Positions 35,750 through 47,863 are shown, numbered from the stretch's first letter. The stretch: DNA of 64,000 nucleotides from Calditrichia bacterium (GCA_963796965.1 CAWCNS010000007.1:194167-258166), one strand, 5' to 3'. Numbers and translations: made by a program. The notes: generated from the letters alone by a model not told the origin.

Positions 35750-36700
35750 ATGATTAATTCAAAGTTTAGCGAAATATCCATATTTTCACCTGCTTCTGTT
35801 GCAAATGTTGGCTGCGGCTTTGATATATTTGCTTTTGCACTAGAGGAGCCCGGTGACGAGATTCGCTTGAAGATTAAAAATGAACAAGGTGTTAAAATTA
35901 CAAAAATTTCAGGAATTCCTTCTTTGCCACGTGATTCTCAGAAGAACACCGCCAGCGTATCTTTAATGGCAATGTTAGAGTATATTGATGCGGATTTTGG
36001 TATTGAAATGGAAATTCACAAAAAGATGCCAATAAAAAGTGGTCTGGGATCCAGTGCTGCCAGTGCTGTGGGAAGTGTTTTTGCTCTTAATGAATTGCTG
36101 GAATTAAAACTTGGTAATGAGATTTTAATAAAATTTGCCATGGAGGGTGAAAAAATTGCCAGTTATAATCAGGTTCATTTGGACAATATTTCCGCCTGTC
36201 TATATGGTGGTTTTATTTTGGCACGAAGTCAGGATCCTGTCGACATAATATCAATTCCGGTGCCCGAGAATTTATTTTATGTCATTCTACATTCTCATAT
36301 CGATATTGATACATCAGAGGCCCGGCAAATATTGCCAAAACTAATTACACTTCCCGGGGCAGTTGAGCAGTGGGCTAATACGGCAGCGGTAACGACAGCG
36401 CTTTTTACGGAAGATTATGAACTCTTGAAAAGATCAATATCCGATACTATAATTGAACCGATCCGAGCGAGAGAGATTCCTTATTTTAAGGAGATGAAAA
36501 ACACCTCCCTTAAAGCCGGTTCAGTCGGTTTTGGCGTCTCAGGTTCCGGTCCATCAGTTTTTGCCCTTGCTAAATCCGAAAACAGCGCGCAACATATTCA
36601 AAATGCCCTGGTTGGGATGTTCGAAAATAAAGATTTGCCCTTTGATACATACACAGGTAGAATTAACACTCGGGGACCAAGGGTATTATTCAAAAGATAG
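35750..36700 (+). CDS. thrB: Homoserine kinase (GHMP family)
   Basis: GHMP ATP-binding motif PIKSGLGSSAASAVG; operon with thrC. Confidence 0.8.
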   Translation: MINSKFSEISIFSPASVANVGCGFDIFAFALEEPGDEIRLKIKNEQGVKITKISGIPSLPRDSQKNTASVSLMAMLEYIDADFGIEMEIHKKMPIKSGLGSSAASAVGSVFALNELLELKLGNEILIKFAMEGEKIASYNQVHLDNISACLYGGFILARSQDPVDIISIPVPENLFYVILHSHIDIDTSEARQILPKLITLPGAVEQWANTAAVTTALFTEDYELLKRSISDTIIEPIRAREIPYFKEMKNTSLKAGSVGFGVSGSGPSVFALAKSENSAQHIQNALVGMFENKDLPFDTYTGRINTRGPRVLFKR

Positions 36701-36882
36701 AGAAAACAATGAGGTCAATGCCGGTTACCAGCACATGATAAATAATGTTCATCTTAAATAAGTATTCAATAGCCAATAATCAATATTCAATTTTCAAGTT
36801 TAATGATGACAAATTCTAACATTGAGACTTTACATCAATATTAATTCCATTTATAATTCAAAAATTAAAATTTAAAATTATT

Positions 36883-38187
36883 ATGTATTATTACAGCACG
36901 AATAACCACAAACATCAGGTATCTTTCCGTGAAGCCGTCTTGAGTGGTCTTGCTCCGGACGGAGGCCTCTATATGCCTTCGGAGATACCAGAGCTCGGAC
37001 TATCATTTATAGATTCCCTTGAAAAATTAACTTTTCCTGAAATGTCTTTTGAAATTGCCAGAAAATTTGTTGACAGGATATCAAAAAATGACTTACAAAC
37101 CCTTATAGATAGAACAATTACCTTTAATGCCCCCCTTGTGCCTCTATCGGAACAAGTTGCGATTCTTGAATTATTTCATGGTCCAACCCTGGCTTTTAAG
37201 GACTTTGGTGCCCGGTTTTTGGCAAATATGATAACCTATTTCAACCGCGATGAGAATCAAGAAATCGTTATTCTTGTTGCCACATCTGGCGATACGGGGA
37301 GTGCTGTGGCCCATGGCTTCTACAACTGTGAGGGAATTAAAGTAGGATTGCTCTATCCATCAGGAAAAGTCAGCAAGATACAGGAGCAGCAATTGACTAC
37401 TCTAGGTAAAAATATTACTGCCTTTGAGGTCGAAGGCACGTTTGATGATTGCCAAAATTTGGTAAAAAAGGCATTTCTTGATCAGGATTTAAGAAATAAA
37501 TATACACTTTCTTCAGCAAATTCAATCAATATCGCCCGGCTCATACCCCAAACATTCTATTACTTTAATGCTTTTGCCCAACAAAATAATAAAAATAATC
37601 CTATAATATTTTCTGTCCCCTGTGGAAATTTTGGCAATATAACTGCCGGTATTATTGCCTCTAAGATGGGATTGCCTGTCCACTTATTCTATTCTGCTCT
37701 AAACAGTAATAAAGTATTCGGAAATTATCTTAAATCTGGTGAGTATGTACCTGCAAAGGCAATCAGAACTCTTTCAAATGCTATGGACGTTGGAAATCCC
37801 AGTAACTTTTCCCGTATTTCAGACTTATTCGATCACCAGGTAGAAAAAGTAAGGGCTCGTTTAAAAAGTTATAGCGCGTCCGATGAAGAAACTCTGATGA
37901 TCATAAAGGAGCTCTGGGAGAAATTTGGCTACATTATTGATCCACACGGCGCTGTTGGATATGCTGCATGGAAAAACCTTCATCGACCTGAATTGGGTGA
38001 TTCAACGACTATTATTTTGGAGACAGCGCATCCTTCAAAATTTATTGATGTCATGCCCGACAAGATAGCGAGTAAGATTGTAACTCCAAAAAGGTTGCAG
38101 CAGGCCCTGGATAAAACAAAAAAATCCACCAAAATATCGGCTTCATTCGATCAGTTTAAATCTGAACTATTAAGTGGTTTATCTTGA
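36883..38187 (+). CDS. thrC: Threonine synthase (long form)
   Basis: PLP-lysine motif FHGPTLAFKDFG; 434 aa; located downstream of thrB. Confidence 0.8.
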   Translation: MYYYSTNNHKHQVSFREAVLSGLAPDGGLYMPSEIPELGLSFIDSLEKLTFPEMSFEIARKFVDRISKNDLQTLIDRTITFNAPLVPLSEQVAILELFHGPTLAFKDFGARFLANMITYFNRDENQEIVILVATSGDTGSAVAHGFYNCEGIKVGLLYPSGKVSKIQEQQLTTLGKNITAFEVEGTFDDCQNLVKKAFLDQDLRNKYTLSSANSINIARLIPQTFYYFNAFAQQNNKNNPIIFSVPCGNFGNITAGIIASKMGLPVHLFYSALNSNKVFGNYLKSGEYVPAKAIRTLSNAMDVGNPSNFSRISDLFDHQVEKVRARLKSYSASDEETLMIIKELWEKFGYIIDPHGAVGYAAWKNLHRPELGDSTTIILETAHPSKFIDVMPDKIASKIVTPKRLQQALDKTKKSTKISASFDQFKSELLSGLS

Positions 38188-38264
38188 TCATTGATATAAT
38201 CTCTCTTTCTGAAGAGACGATTTAAATAAAAGGATGAATAATATCTATAACAGGAGATTTAAAA

Positions 38265-39116
38265 ATGGAATTTAATATGAATGAAACCAAACGGCGGGAT
38301 TTTATTAAGTATCTCTCTGTTGGTGTTGGAGCAACCTTTGTACCTTCTTTTTTAAGGTCTCAATCTTCAGGGACATCCAAATCAGAGAATGATATGCGAC
38401 TTGGAATTGCCTCCTACACCTTTCGTAAGTTTTCTCTAGAAGATACACTCACAATGACCAAACAGTTAGATATTGATTGGATAGCATTAAAAAGTTTTCA
38501 TCTTCCTATGGAAAGTACCAAAAAGGAAATCAAAGAAGTTGCAAAAACAGTTAAAAGTGCTGGAATAAAATTGTATGGTGCCGGTGTAATTTATATGAAG
38601 GACGCAGCACAGGTAAACCAGGCATTTGAATACGCAAGAACTGCCGGTATGAGCATTATTATTGGTGTGCCAGATCATCATCTTCTGCCGTTAGTAGAAA
38701 AAAAAGTTGAAGAATACGATATAAAGGTTGCTATTCATAATCATGGCCCCGGCGATAAAAAATACCCCACACCTGAAAGCATAATGGACAAAATTGAAAA
38801 ACTGGATTCAAGAATTGGAATTTGTATCGATATCGGTCATGTAAAAAGATATGGACTTGATCCGGTTGAAGAGATCAAAAAATATGGCGATAGAATTCAT
38901 GATGTACATCTAAAAGATGTGGATTTTGCATCAAAAGATGGCGCGAGTATTGAGATGGGTAGGGGGATTATCGATATACCGGAAGTTCTAAGAACTCTAA
39001 AGAAAAAGAATTATAAAGGTGTTTTAGCTTTTGAATATGAGAAAGATGCTGAAAATCCCCTTCCGGGCTTAGCAGAAACTGTAGGGTATACCAGAGGAGT
39101 TCTTTCTGTAATTTAA
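38265..39116 (+). CDS. Tat-secreted sugar-phosphate isomerase/epimerase (xylose-isomerase-like TIM barrel)
   Basis: Twin-arginine signal RRDFIKYLSVGVGATF; TIM-barrel metal-site pattern (..IHNH.., ..IDIGH..). Confidence 0.6.
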   Translation: MEFNMNETKRRDFIKYLSVGVGATFVPSFLRSQSSGTSKSENDMRLGIASYTFRKFSLEDTLTMTKQLDIDWIALKSFHLPMESTKKEIKEVAKTVKSAGIKLYGAGVIYMKDAAQVNQAFEYARTAGMSIIIGVPDHHLLPLVEKKVEEYDIKVAIHNHGPGDKKYPTPESIMDKIEKLDSRIGICIDIGHVKRYGLDPVEEIKKYGDRIHDVHLKDVDFASKDGASIEMGRGIIDIPEVLRTLKKKNYKGVLAFEYEKDAENPLPGLAETVGYTRGVLSVI

Positions 39117-39367
39117 CTCAACCAGTAACTCAGAGTACATCACCTATTCCAACTTGAACATCCCCTGTTCATCATGCAGGTATAGTAGGAGAAAACCTGG
39201 ATCAAATGACAAATATTATCCCAATCTCCTCCTTTTAATAGGAGGAGAATTGAGAATAGTTACTTTATTAGGTATTGCTGAATAATGATTATTGTGGCCG
39301 TTTGAACCTCCCATGATCTGAAATATTACTGTAAAATTTAACCGAAATATTTACATATGATGAGCAA

Positions 39368-42300
39368 ATGAATTCATCACAACCTAAAAAGATTTTAAAA
39401 GTTTTTGGATGGATTCTCGGGATACCGTTAATTCTCCTTCTTATCCTCGAAATTATATTTATTATTTATCAAGATGATATAGAGCGTGAATTAATTACAT
39501 TTGTAAACGAATCTCAGAACGGTGAGATTATAATCTCTTCTATAAGTTTTTCCCCTTTGTCTCACTTTCCCGACATCTCCTTACGATTAAATGATGTTCA
39601 ATACTTTGAAACAAAAAGCAATCTGCGTAAGCCTGAAGAAAAGGCATTTTGCCATCTGAAGAAGTTTTATATTAGTCTGGACGTTATCGACTTATTAGGC
39701 GGGGATCTCGATGTATCAGAATTAACCCTCGAAGAGGGTACTTTATATATTGCCACCCAAGAGGATGGTAGCAACAATCTGACAAATCTATTCAGTATGC
39801 CCGATGATTCGAAAGAATATCACCAAAAGGACGAAAATGGAAAGACAGCTAATCTGCAATTAAATAAATTTACTCTGGAAGATATCCGACTCACCTATGA
39901 AAATAATATTTCTGAGTACAGGGCCGACATTTTTATCACCAATTTCGAAAATCATCTTACTTTTGTGGATAAACAGCTCGACATAAAATTACAGCCACAG
40001 ATTGAAATTATAAGCATTGGTAAAAAACAAAGAACTTTTCTGGAAAACACAGAACTTCAAATGTTAATAAATTTCAAACTGGATCTCGACAGTTTAAGAG
40101 GCCATATTGATAAAAGTTGGATAAATATCGAAGGTGTAAATATAAACTTTGAGGGTCTGTTTAAAATTAAAGAGGAATATTATCTCGATCTCAATTTCAC
40201 CTCTGCTATGAATGATCCATCGCTATTGTATTTCATCTTTGACGATGACATCATTGAACAAAATATTCAGAACATCAGTACAGGTAGAATTTATTTTGAT
40301 GGTTCCATTAGGGGGAATATTGGCGAAAATATGCCATTCATAGAAATATCATTTGGTGTGAACAGTCTACATTTAAAGATTCCTGACACTGAGCGCGAAC
40401 TTAAAAATTTTAATTTTGATGGGTTTCTTTCGACGGGATACAATCCGGATTTGAGCGATGCGAGCATTAAAATTAAAAATATACATAGCGAAGGGTCGGT
40501 AGTTATATCAACAGGTTTCATTGATATCCAGAATTTTAAGCAACCTGAAATTAAACTTGATTTGGATGTCAATATCGATTTAAGAGGAATTGAAAGAATT
40601 TTTAGGTTTGTTAATACCCCGATATATTCTGGTGTCGCAAAAGTAAAGGGTGATGTATATGCAGTTTATGACATGACTGAGAAGAAAATTATTCAACAAA
40701 GGGGTGATGTTGAGGTAGAATTTGAAAATTTATCATTTCTAATTGCCAATACAGGTCAGAAATGTGATAATTTGAAGGGCAAAATAAAATGGCGGGACAA
40801 CAAGTTTCGGGTAGAAAACCTTGCCCTGAATGCCCCTCCTAGTGATTTTTTACTAAACGTCGAAATTACCAATCTTTTTAGTTATCTCCTCGGTTTTGAT
40901 TCAGAAATTTCCACGAATATCAATCTTCAGGCAGAATCATTGGATTTTAATACGTTTTTTACAAATGAGGACGTTGGTCAGTGGATTTTAGATGAATTTT
41001 GCCGTGACGTTCATGTCGATATTGAATACATCACAGACAGCAAAAAATTAAGGCAAGATTCTGAACTTCCACCAGGCTTGGTGAATATTAGAAATTTAAA
41101 GATTGACCTGAAGAATGTTTCGAATGTGGCTATCCGCCAGGGAGCCGTGACAATTAAACCTGATTTACTGGAAATTCGTAATATTCGTGCGAAAATTGCA
41201 GATAATGATATCCTTTTTTCTTCAGAAATCGATAACTATAAGGATCTATTTCGAAATTACTTTTTGGATAGTTGCAAAATATCATTAAATCTGCGCAGTA
41301 ATAAAATTAGATTAAAGGATTTCTCTACTTATAAAAATGAAAATTATTTACCGGAATTCTGGGAGGAAGCCTCTTATAAAGTCTTCAATCTGGATGCTTC
41401 TTTAGTCCTTCCACAGGAGCCGGACTCAGGTAGAACTTCTGAGTATGAATTTAATCTGGATGTTAGAAATCTAAGTGGGGTCAATCCAAGAAACGAAGCA
41501 ATTATAAGGAATTTAAGTGCAAATGTTCAGGATACTGGATCAGATTTAATCTTCCATAATATCCTGGGTCAAATTGGCCAAACAAAAATAAAGAATACTA
41601 ATCTGGATTTGATCAATCTCTTTCAAGACGATAGTGTTTTTTATATAAAGTTGGATCTCGACTGTAATTATCTGGACATAGAAGAATGGTTAGGCTATGT
41701 TCTGGATATTGATGCAGATAGTTCAGCCAGTACTGATCTACAAGATTCCCAAACTGATACGTATGATATCACGCATATCCCTGCCCTGGATATTAAAGCC
41801 TATGTCGATGATTTTCGTTATGGTGATATCAAAATTTTAAATCTGGAGACAAATATATTTACAGAAAAAGAAAATAAATTATATAGGGATACCAGAGATA
41901 GTACCTGGTGGATACCGGATCTAAGTCTATTAGCTCAAATCGATTCTGATGGATTTAAAACACCATATTTTAATATACCAAGTACAAAGAATAAGCTGAT
42001 ATCAAAAAATGGCGTTCTGGAAATACTTCCCAATTATCAGGGAATGTTTGGCGCTGAGGGAGCGGGCCATATTTGGTTGGATATGTCTAAAAAAAGACAT
42101 AGTTATCGTCTCCAATACTCAATTAACAATTTTAAATTAGAGACTTTTCTAAGCCGCTTTGATCAGAAGCAGCGTATGAGCGGTATCGTACAGATGTCCA
42201 TGGATCTGTTTTTAAAAGATGAAGATCTGACAAAATTTAATGGTGATTTGCTACTTCGCGGTAAAGATATAACCGTTCACAATATCGATATAGATGAAGT

Positions 42301-42772
42301 ATTGACCAGGTTTCAAAGAACCCAAAGTTTCAATTTAGTGGATCTTAGTGCTTTCTTGCTGGCCGGACCAGCCGGGGCTCTTGTTACAAAAGCCTCAGAT
42401 TATGCGATTTTGTTAAATGTAGATCCTACTAAACAGAGTACGATAAAGGAATTTATGTCAGCCTGGAAAGTAAATGGTGGCGTTGTGATGGCAGAAGATG
42501 TAGCTCTCACGACTAGCAAAAGCCGAATTGCACTCAAAGGTGGTGTAGATCTCTATAAGGAAGAATTCGTTGAATTTACTTTAGGAGTTGTAGATAAAAA
42601 TGGTTGCCCCTTGATTAGCCAAACCATAACCGGTAGCCTGTCAGATCCTCAATTAGCACAAATTAATGCGGCGAGCACAATTTTGGCACCTGTAACAAAT
42701 GTGTTTAAACTGATAGCGGGAGTTGACTGTAATCCTTTTTATACGGGCTCACTGTCCCATCCAACCAATTAG
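39368..42772 (+). CDS. AsmA-family giant envelope protein
   Basis: N-terminal TM anchor, then 1100 aa of repetitive beta-rich sequence. The start resembles AsmA/TamB (..IISSISFSPLSHFPDISLRLNDVQY..). Confidence 0.5.
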   Translation: MNSSQPKKILKVFGWILGIPLILLLILEIIFIIYQDDIERELITFVNESQNGEIIISSISFSPLSHFPDISLRLNDVQYFETKSNLRKPEEKAFCHLKKFYISLDVIDLLGGDLDVSELTLEEGTLYIATQEDGSNNLTNLFSMPDDSKEYHQKDENGKTANLQLNKFTLEDIRLTYENNISEYRADIFITNFENHLTFVDKQLDIKLQPQIEIISIGKKQRTFLENTELQMLINFKLDLDSLRGHIDKSWINIEGVNINFEGLFKIKEEYYLDLNFTSAMNDPSLLYFIFDDDIIEQNIQNISTGRIYFDGSIRGNIGENMPFIEISFGVNSLHLKIPDTERELKNFNFDGFLSTGYNPDLSDASIKIKNIHSEGSVVISTGFIDIQNFKQPEIKLDLDVNIDLRGIERIFRFVNTPIYSGVAKVKGDVYAVYDMTEKKIIQQRGDVEVEFENLSFLIANTGQKCDNLKGKIKWRDNKFRVENLALNAPPSDFLLNVEITNLFSYLLGFDSEISTNINLQAESLDFNTFFTNEDVGQWILDEFCRDVHVDIEYITDSKKLRQDSELPPGLVNIRNLKIDLKNVSNVAIRQGAVTIKPDLLEIRNIRAKIADNDILFSSEIDNYKDLFRNYFLDSCKISLNLRSNKIRLKDFSTYKNENYLPEFWEEASYKVFNLDASLVLPQEPDSGRTSEYEFNLDVRNLSGVNPRNEAIIRNLSANVQDTGSDLIFHNILGQIGQTKIKNTNLDLINLFQDDSVFYIKLDLDCNYLDIEEWLGYVLDIDADSSASTDLQDSQTDTYDITHIPALDIKAYVDDFRYGDIKILNLETNIFTEKENKLYRDTRDSTWWIPDLSLLAQIDSDGFKTPYFNIPSTKNKLISKNGVLEILPNYQGMFGAEGAGHIWLDMSKKRHSYRLQYSINNFKLETFLSRFDQKQRMSGIVQMSMDLFLKDEDLTKFNGDLLLRGKDITVHNIDIDEVLTRFQRTQSFNLVDLSAFLLAGPAGALVTKASDYAILLNVDPTKQSTIKEFMSAWKVNGGVVMAEDVALTTSKSRIALKGGVDLYKEEFVEFTLGVVDKNGCPLISQTITGSLSDPQLAQINAASTILAPVTNVFKLIAGVDCNPFYTGSLSHPTN

Positions 42773-42868
42773 TGACAACTTTGATAAAGTTTGTGCTAGT
42801 GTATAGAAATGTAGAAACATTAACACAATTACGTTACAAAGGTGAGGAGAAAATAGAGGAGCCCTGAT

Positions 42869-43825
42869 ATGTCAGGTATTTCCCGGCGTAGGTTTGTCAA
42901 TTACTCCACAATAGGGGTAGCGAATTTATCGTTTATAGTAAAAGGGTTAAGTAAGATGACTTTAAAAAAAAATATTCTCTTACGACTTGGAGGACCAATT
43001 TTTACAGAAGTCTCCCATGATCCGCCTCTATGGGTAAGAGTCCACCGAGATTGGGGGTATAGTGCTGCCTACTGTCCAGTGAAAGCTGATGCACCAATAG
43101 AGTTAATCAGATCCTTTGTAAATGAGGCGAAGAGGTCCAACTTAATTATTGCTGAGGTCGGTGCCTGGAGCAATCCGATTAACCCAGATGAAGAAGAGAG
43201 AAAAAAAGCCATTGCACATTGTGTTGAGCAGCTCGAACTTGCCGAACGTATCAATGCCAGATGTTGTGTTAATATTGCCGGTTCACGGAATAAGGAAAAA
43301 TGGGACGGTGCTCATCCGGACAATTTAACTCAAGAGACGTTTGATTTGATTGTAGAAACAACACAAAAAATCATTGACGCTGTGAATCCTAAACGAACGT
43401 ACTTTACTCTTGAAACTATGCCCTGGATATTTCCTAACTCCATCGATTCTTATGTAAATTTGATTCAAAAAATCAACCGGAAAAGATTTGCTGTTCATTT
43501 TGATCCGGTAAATCTTATGAACTCGCCGGAAAGATACTTCAATAATGGCGCAATTATAAAAGAAGCATTTAAAAAATTGGGTTCCTATATTAAAAGTTGT
43601 CATGGAAAAGACACAATTTTAGATCAACGATTAACCACTCATTTAAGTGAAACTGATCCTGGTCTGGGAAATCTCGATTATAGCATATATCTAAGAGAGT
43701 TGAGTAAATTACCTGATGTCCCTCTAATGCTCGAGCACATGAAAGAACCGGAGCAATACATAAATGCAGTAAAATATGTAAATGGCGTGGCATCTGACAA
43801 TGGCTTAGATTTATTAAAAATTTGA
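42869..43825 (+). CDS. Tat-secreted sugar-phosphate isomerase/epimerase-fold protein
   Basis: RRRFVNYSTIGVA Tat motif; xylose-isomerase-like TIM barrel features. Confidence 0.5.
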   Translation: MSGISRRRFVNYSTIGVANLSFIVKGLSKMTLKKNILLRLGGPIFTEVSHDPPLWVRVHRDWGYSAAYCPVKADAPIELIRSFVNEAKRSNLIIAEVGAWSNPINPDEEERKKAIAHCVEQLELAERINARCCVNIAGSRNKEKWDGAHPDNLTQETFDLIVETTQKIIDAVNPKRTYFTLETMPWIFPNSIDSYVNLIQKINRKRFAVHFDPVNLMNSPERYFNNGAIIKEAFKKLGSYIKSCHGKDTILDQRLTTHLSETDPGLGNLDYSIYLRELSKLPDVPLMLEHMKEPEQYINAVKYVNGVASDNGLDLLKI

Positions 43826-43988
43826 TGGTTTTGAAATAGTTGCAGTGAAATCAGGAGACGAAAAATTTGATCCTGACTTTGTTGGGATTATCATATTGAA
43901 AAATAAAATGTTTTGGGATCATATGATACAAACTCAAAATATATAGTCATTATCCCTTAAATTATGATCAATAATTGAAAGGTATGAT

Positions 43989-44879
43989 TTGAAAAAACGA
44001 TTTGCTGTGGCTGGTTTGGGTGAAATTCTATGGGATCTGTTACCAGCAGGTAAAATTTTAGGAGGTGCTCCCGCAAATTTTGCTTATCATGCTCAATCTT
44101 TGGGAGCAGAAAGCTTTGTTATCAGTGCGATCGGAGATGATAGTCTCGGAAAACAAATATCAGATAAATTAACTCAGATAAATTTATCCACTTCAAATAT
44201 TTCGATTGATAAGGAATATCCTACCGGTACGGTTGAAGTCCATATAGACCCGGTGGGAGTGCCGGAATATGTTATACACACCAATGTTGCCTGGGATTTT
44301 ATTCCTCGATCGAAAATTAATCTGAATTTGGCAAAAGAGCTGGATGCCATTTGTTTCGGTAGTCTGGCACAAAGATCTCCGGTATCACATGAATCAATCA
44401 AAAAGATTATCAGAGAAACACGACAAGACTGCCTGAAAATATTTGATATCAATATCCGTCAGTCATTTTATACTAAAGAAACAATTGAAACCAGTTTAAA
44501 AATCTCTAACTGTTTAAAACTTAATGAAAGTGAGTTGTCGCTATTAACTGACATGTTCTCTATCAAAGGCAATGAAACGAGTATAATTGATAGATTCATG
44601 AATAATTTTAATCTCGAGTTAATTGCCCTTACAAAGGGCAAAAATGGCAGTGTGCTCTATACACCCTCAACACATTCAAAGATGGCTTCACCAATTGTTC
44701 AGGTCGAAGACACTGTCGGAGCGGGCGATGCCTTTACATCTGCTTTATGTATAGGCTTATTAAACAATCATCCCTTAAGAATAATACATCAAGATGCCAC
44801 GAACATAGCCGCTTTTGTTTGTACGCAAAAAGGGGCTACACCGGTGCTTCCAAATAATTTAGAAATGGAGAATAAATGA
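43989..44879 (+). CDS. PfkB-family carbohydrate kinase (fructokinase/ribokinase-like)
   Basis: GGAPANFAYHA N-terminal motif and C-terminal GAGDAFTSAL. Confidence 0.75.
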   Translation: MKKRFAVAGLGEILWDLLPAGKILGGAPANFAYHAQSLGAESFVISAIGDDSLGKQISDKLTQINLSTSNISIDKEYPTGTVEVHIDPVGVPEYVIHTNVAWDFIPRSKINLNLAKELDAICFGSLAQRSPVSHESIKKIIRETRQDCLKIFDINIRQSFYTKETIETSLKISNCLKLNESELSLLTDMFSIKGNETSIIDRFMNNFNLELIALTKGKNGSVLYTPSTHSKMASPIVQVEDTVGAGDAFTSALCIGLLNNHPLRIIHQDATNIAAFVCTQKGATPVLPNNLEMENK

Positions 44880-47393
44880 AATATTTTGATTATACCATCA
44901 TTGCATTAAGTGCATGCCTATTGCTTGCTTTTATAGGGTGTAAAACAAAGCCATCCCATTGGAAACCTGCTTCAGGTCCATTATTTTCAAAATTTGCTAA
45001 AGATCTTGCACCAGATTCAGTTCTTCAGGAATATCCACGTCCGCAACTAGTTAGAAAAGATTGGTTAAATCTTAACGGCCTTTGGGAATATGCAATCGTC
45101 CGTTCAGGTGACGCCCAACCCGAAGAATATGACGGTAAAATTTTAGTTCCTTTCCCAATTGAGTCAGCTTTGTCAGGTGTTATGGAACGTGTTGGTGATA
45201 AAAATGAACTATGGTATAGGAAAACATTTAAGATTCTGGACCAATGGATGGATGACGATAATCGCGTCATACTAAATTTTGGCGCTGTTGATTGGGAAGC
45301 AACGGTCTGGTTGAATGGGAAATTAGCCGGTAACCATAAGGGTGGGTATGATGCCTTTAGTTTTGATATAACGGATTATCTTTTACCAGCACAAGCACAG
45401 GAATTGGTGATAAAGGTTTGGGACCCGGTTGATAAAGGCACACAACCCAGGGGGAAACAAGTTAGTAATCCACATGGCATATGGTATACATCTGTAACCG
45501 GGATATGGCAGACTGTATGGATTGAGCCGGTTAACGAAACGCATATTGAATCTATCAAATTATCACCAAACATCGATCAAGCCAGATTAGAAATTGATCT
45601 ATCCATATCGGGAGAAAAGCAGAGGAGATTTAATTGTATCAAGTATTTTTCTTGATGGCCGTGAGCTCTCCCAGGTACATACAAAACCTGGAAATTCAAT
45701 TTATTTTGATATTGAAGATCAACAGTTATGGACACCCGATTCTCCGACACTTTATGATTTAGAAATTAAGTTGGTAAATACTGATGGAACTGTAATAGAT
45801 AAGGTTCAGAGTTATGCGGGTATGCGCAAAATATCAATTGAAAAATATGGAAGTAAATCACCGCGAATGTTTTTAAATAATGAATTTGTTTTCCAGGTCG
45901 GGCCTCTGGACCAGGGTTGGTGGCCGGATGGACTGTATACGGCCCCAACGGATGAAGCTTTAAGATACGATATCGAGATTACAAAGAAACTGGGTTTTAA
46001 CATGGCCCGAAAGCATGTAAAAGTAGAACCAGCCAGGTGGTATTATTGGTGTGATAAATTAGGACTCCTTGTCTGGCAGGATATGCCCAGCGGTGATGCG
46101 TATATTGGCCGGAATGATCCGGATATTAAACGTTCTCCCCAATCTGCGGCCCAATTTGAAATGGAATTAAAAAATGTGATCACACAATTCGGGAATCATC
46201 CGAGTATCGTGGTATGGGTACCCTTTAATGAAGGGTGGGGGCAATATGATACGGGAAGAATTGTAGATTACATTAAAACAATCGACCCCTCCAGATTAGT
46301 AATCAATACCAGTGGATGGTCTGACAGAGGAGTTGGCGATATTCATGATATCCATGCCTATCCGGGGCCTGCGATGCCCGATCCTGAAAAGAAGAGGGCG
46401 ATTGTATTGGGTGAATTTGGTGGACTTGGCTTACCACTCGAAGGTCATACCTGGCAAAACTCCAATAATTGGGGATACAGGAGTTATAAAAATGCCGATG
46501 AACTTACTTTGGCCTATACCAATCTGTTCCGCGCTCTTCTGCCAATGGTTGGTAAGGGGCTCTCTGCTGCTGTATATACGCAGACAACTGACGTAGAAGT
46601 TGAGGTGAATGGTTTAATGACCTATGATCGTGCTGTCATAAAAATGGATTCGGAGAAGGTTAATCGCATTAATCAGGGATTTTTGCCACCCGTTATTAAA
46701 TCTGATCACGATATTTTTATATCTTCTATGGCTATAACCTTTTCAAATGTAATTCAGGATGGCCAGATTCATTACACTCTTGATGGGTCAGAACCAACCA
46801 AGCAATCCCCGGTTTACACCAAGCCTGTCATTATAAAAAAGACACAAATGGTCCGTGCATTTACAGCCTTTAATGATGGTACCAGTAGCGATGTCGCAGA
46901 AAAGAAGTTGGAAAAAGTCAAATTGAATGATCCTGTATTGGTTGATGCCCCGAAACCTGGTTTGTCATGTGCCTATTATGAATATGAGGATCAAGGCTTG
47001 CTAAAACTGCCAATTTTCGAAAGTTTGGAGGTGAAAGCGGAACAAATTACAAAAAATATTGGAATTCATCTGGCCAAACGTGACGAATATTTTGCTTTAC
47101 AGTTTAAAGGATTTCTTAATATTTTGAAGGATGGTGTCTATACATTTTATTCAAATTCTGATGATGGATCACAATTATTTATTCAGAATCAATTGGTCGT
47201 GGATAATGATGGTACCCATGGTATGATAGAAAAATCAGGGGCGATTGCTTTAAAAAAAGGCTTTCATGTTTTTCAGCTGAATTACTTTCAGGGGCGCGGA
47301 AAAGGGGAGAGTGGCAAGGGATTGCAGGTCCGTTTCAGCGGACCTGGTATTGCTAAGCAGGAAATTCCTTCTTCAGTACTTTTTAGGAGATAA
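44876..47393 (+). CDS. Glycoside hydrolase family 2 enzyme with C-terminal PA14 domain (one frame change near 45594-45655)
   Basis: GH2 sugar-binding N-domain (NFGAVDWEATVWLNG), catalytic region (WQDMPSGD, VPFNEGWGQ), and PA14 at the C-terminus (CAYYEYED...VYTFYSNSDDGSQLFI). Confidence 0.7.
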
Positions 47394-47749
47394 ATAGTTG
47401 CTTTTAAGAGAGTTCCCATTTTTACTAAAATAGTGCAAGATTTAAAAATATCATTATCGCCATTCTATAGAAGCCTTAAATTGCCGTGGATGCAAAAAGG
47501 GTATGAAGATGGTATGTGGGGATAATCGATGATGTTATTTAATTGAATTATTATTAGTTGCGAATTGTTATTCACGTAATGCTGTTAATTTAAACATTCT
47601 CGCTATATTTCTTATTTTTATCCATTTTTATATCAATCTTAGATTATTTATTATACTTCCACCTTGATTATTTAGGAATCAAACAGAAAAATCAATTGAT
47701 TTTGGAATGGAAAGCAGTTAAATTTACTACTTATTTATTAATAGCTTAG

Positions 47750-47825
47750 GGGACGGTAGCTCAGTTTTGGTTAGAGCGCTACGTTGACATCGTAGAGGTC
47801 GTGAGTTCAAGTCTCGCTCGTCCCA
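47750..47825 (+). tRNA. tRNA-Val (anticodon GAC), CCA encoded
   Basis: Acceptor GGGACGG/TCGTCCC, D arm GCTC-AGTTTTGGTTA-GAGC, anticodon stem CTACG/CGTAG with loop TTGACAT, T arm GTGAG-TTCAAGT-CTCGC, then ACCA. Confidence 0.9.
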
Positions 47826-47832
47826 CCATGAC

Positions 47833-47863
47833 CACGGGTAGAATCGTTGCCCGTGGTTTGTAT
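47833..47863 (+). terminator. Hairpin after tRNA-Val
   Basis: ccacggg-tagaatcgttg-cccgtgg followed by tttgtatt. Confidence 0.5.
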
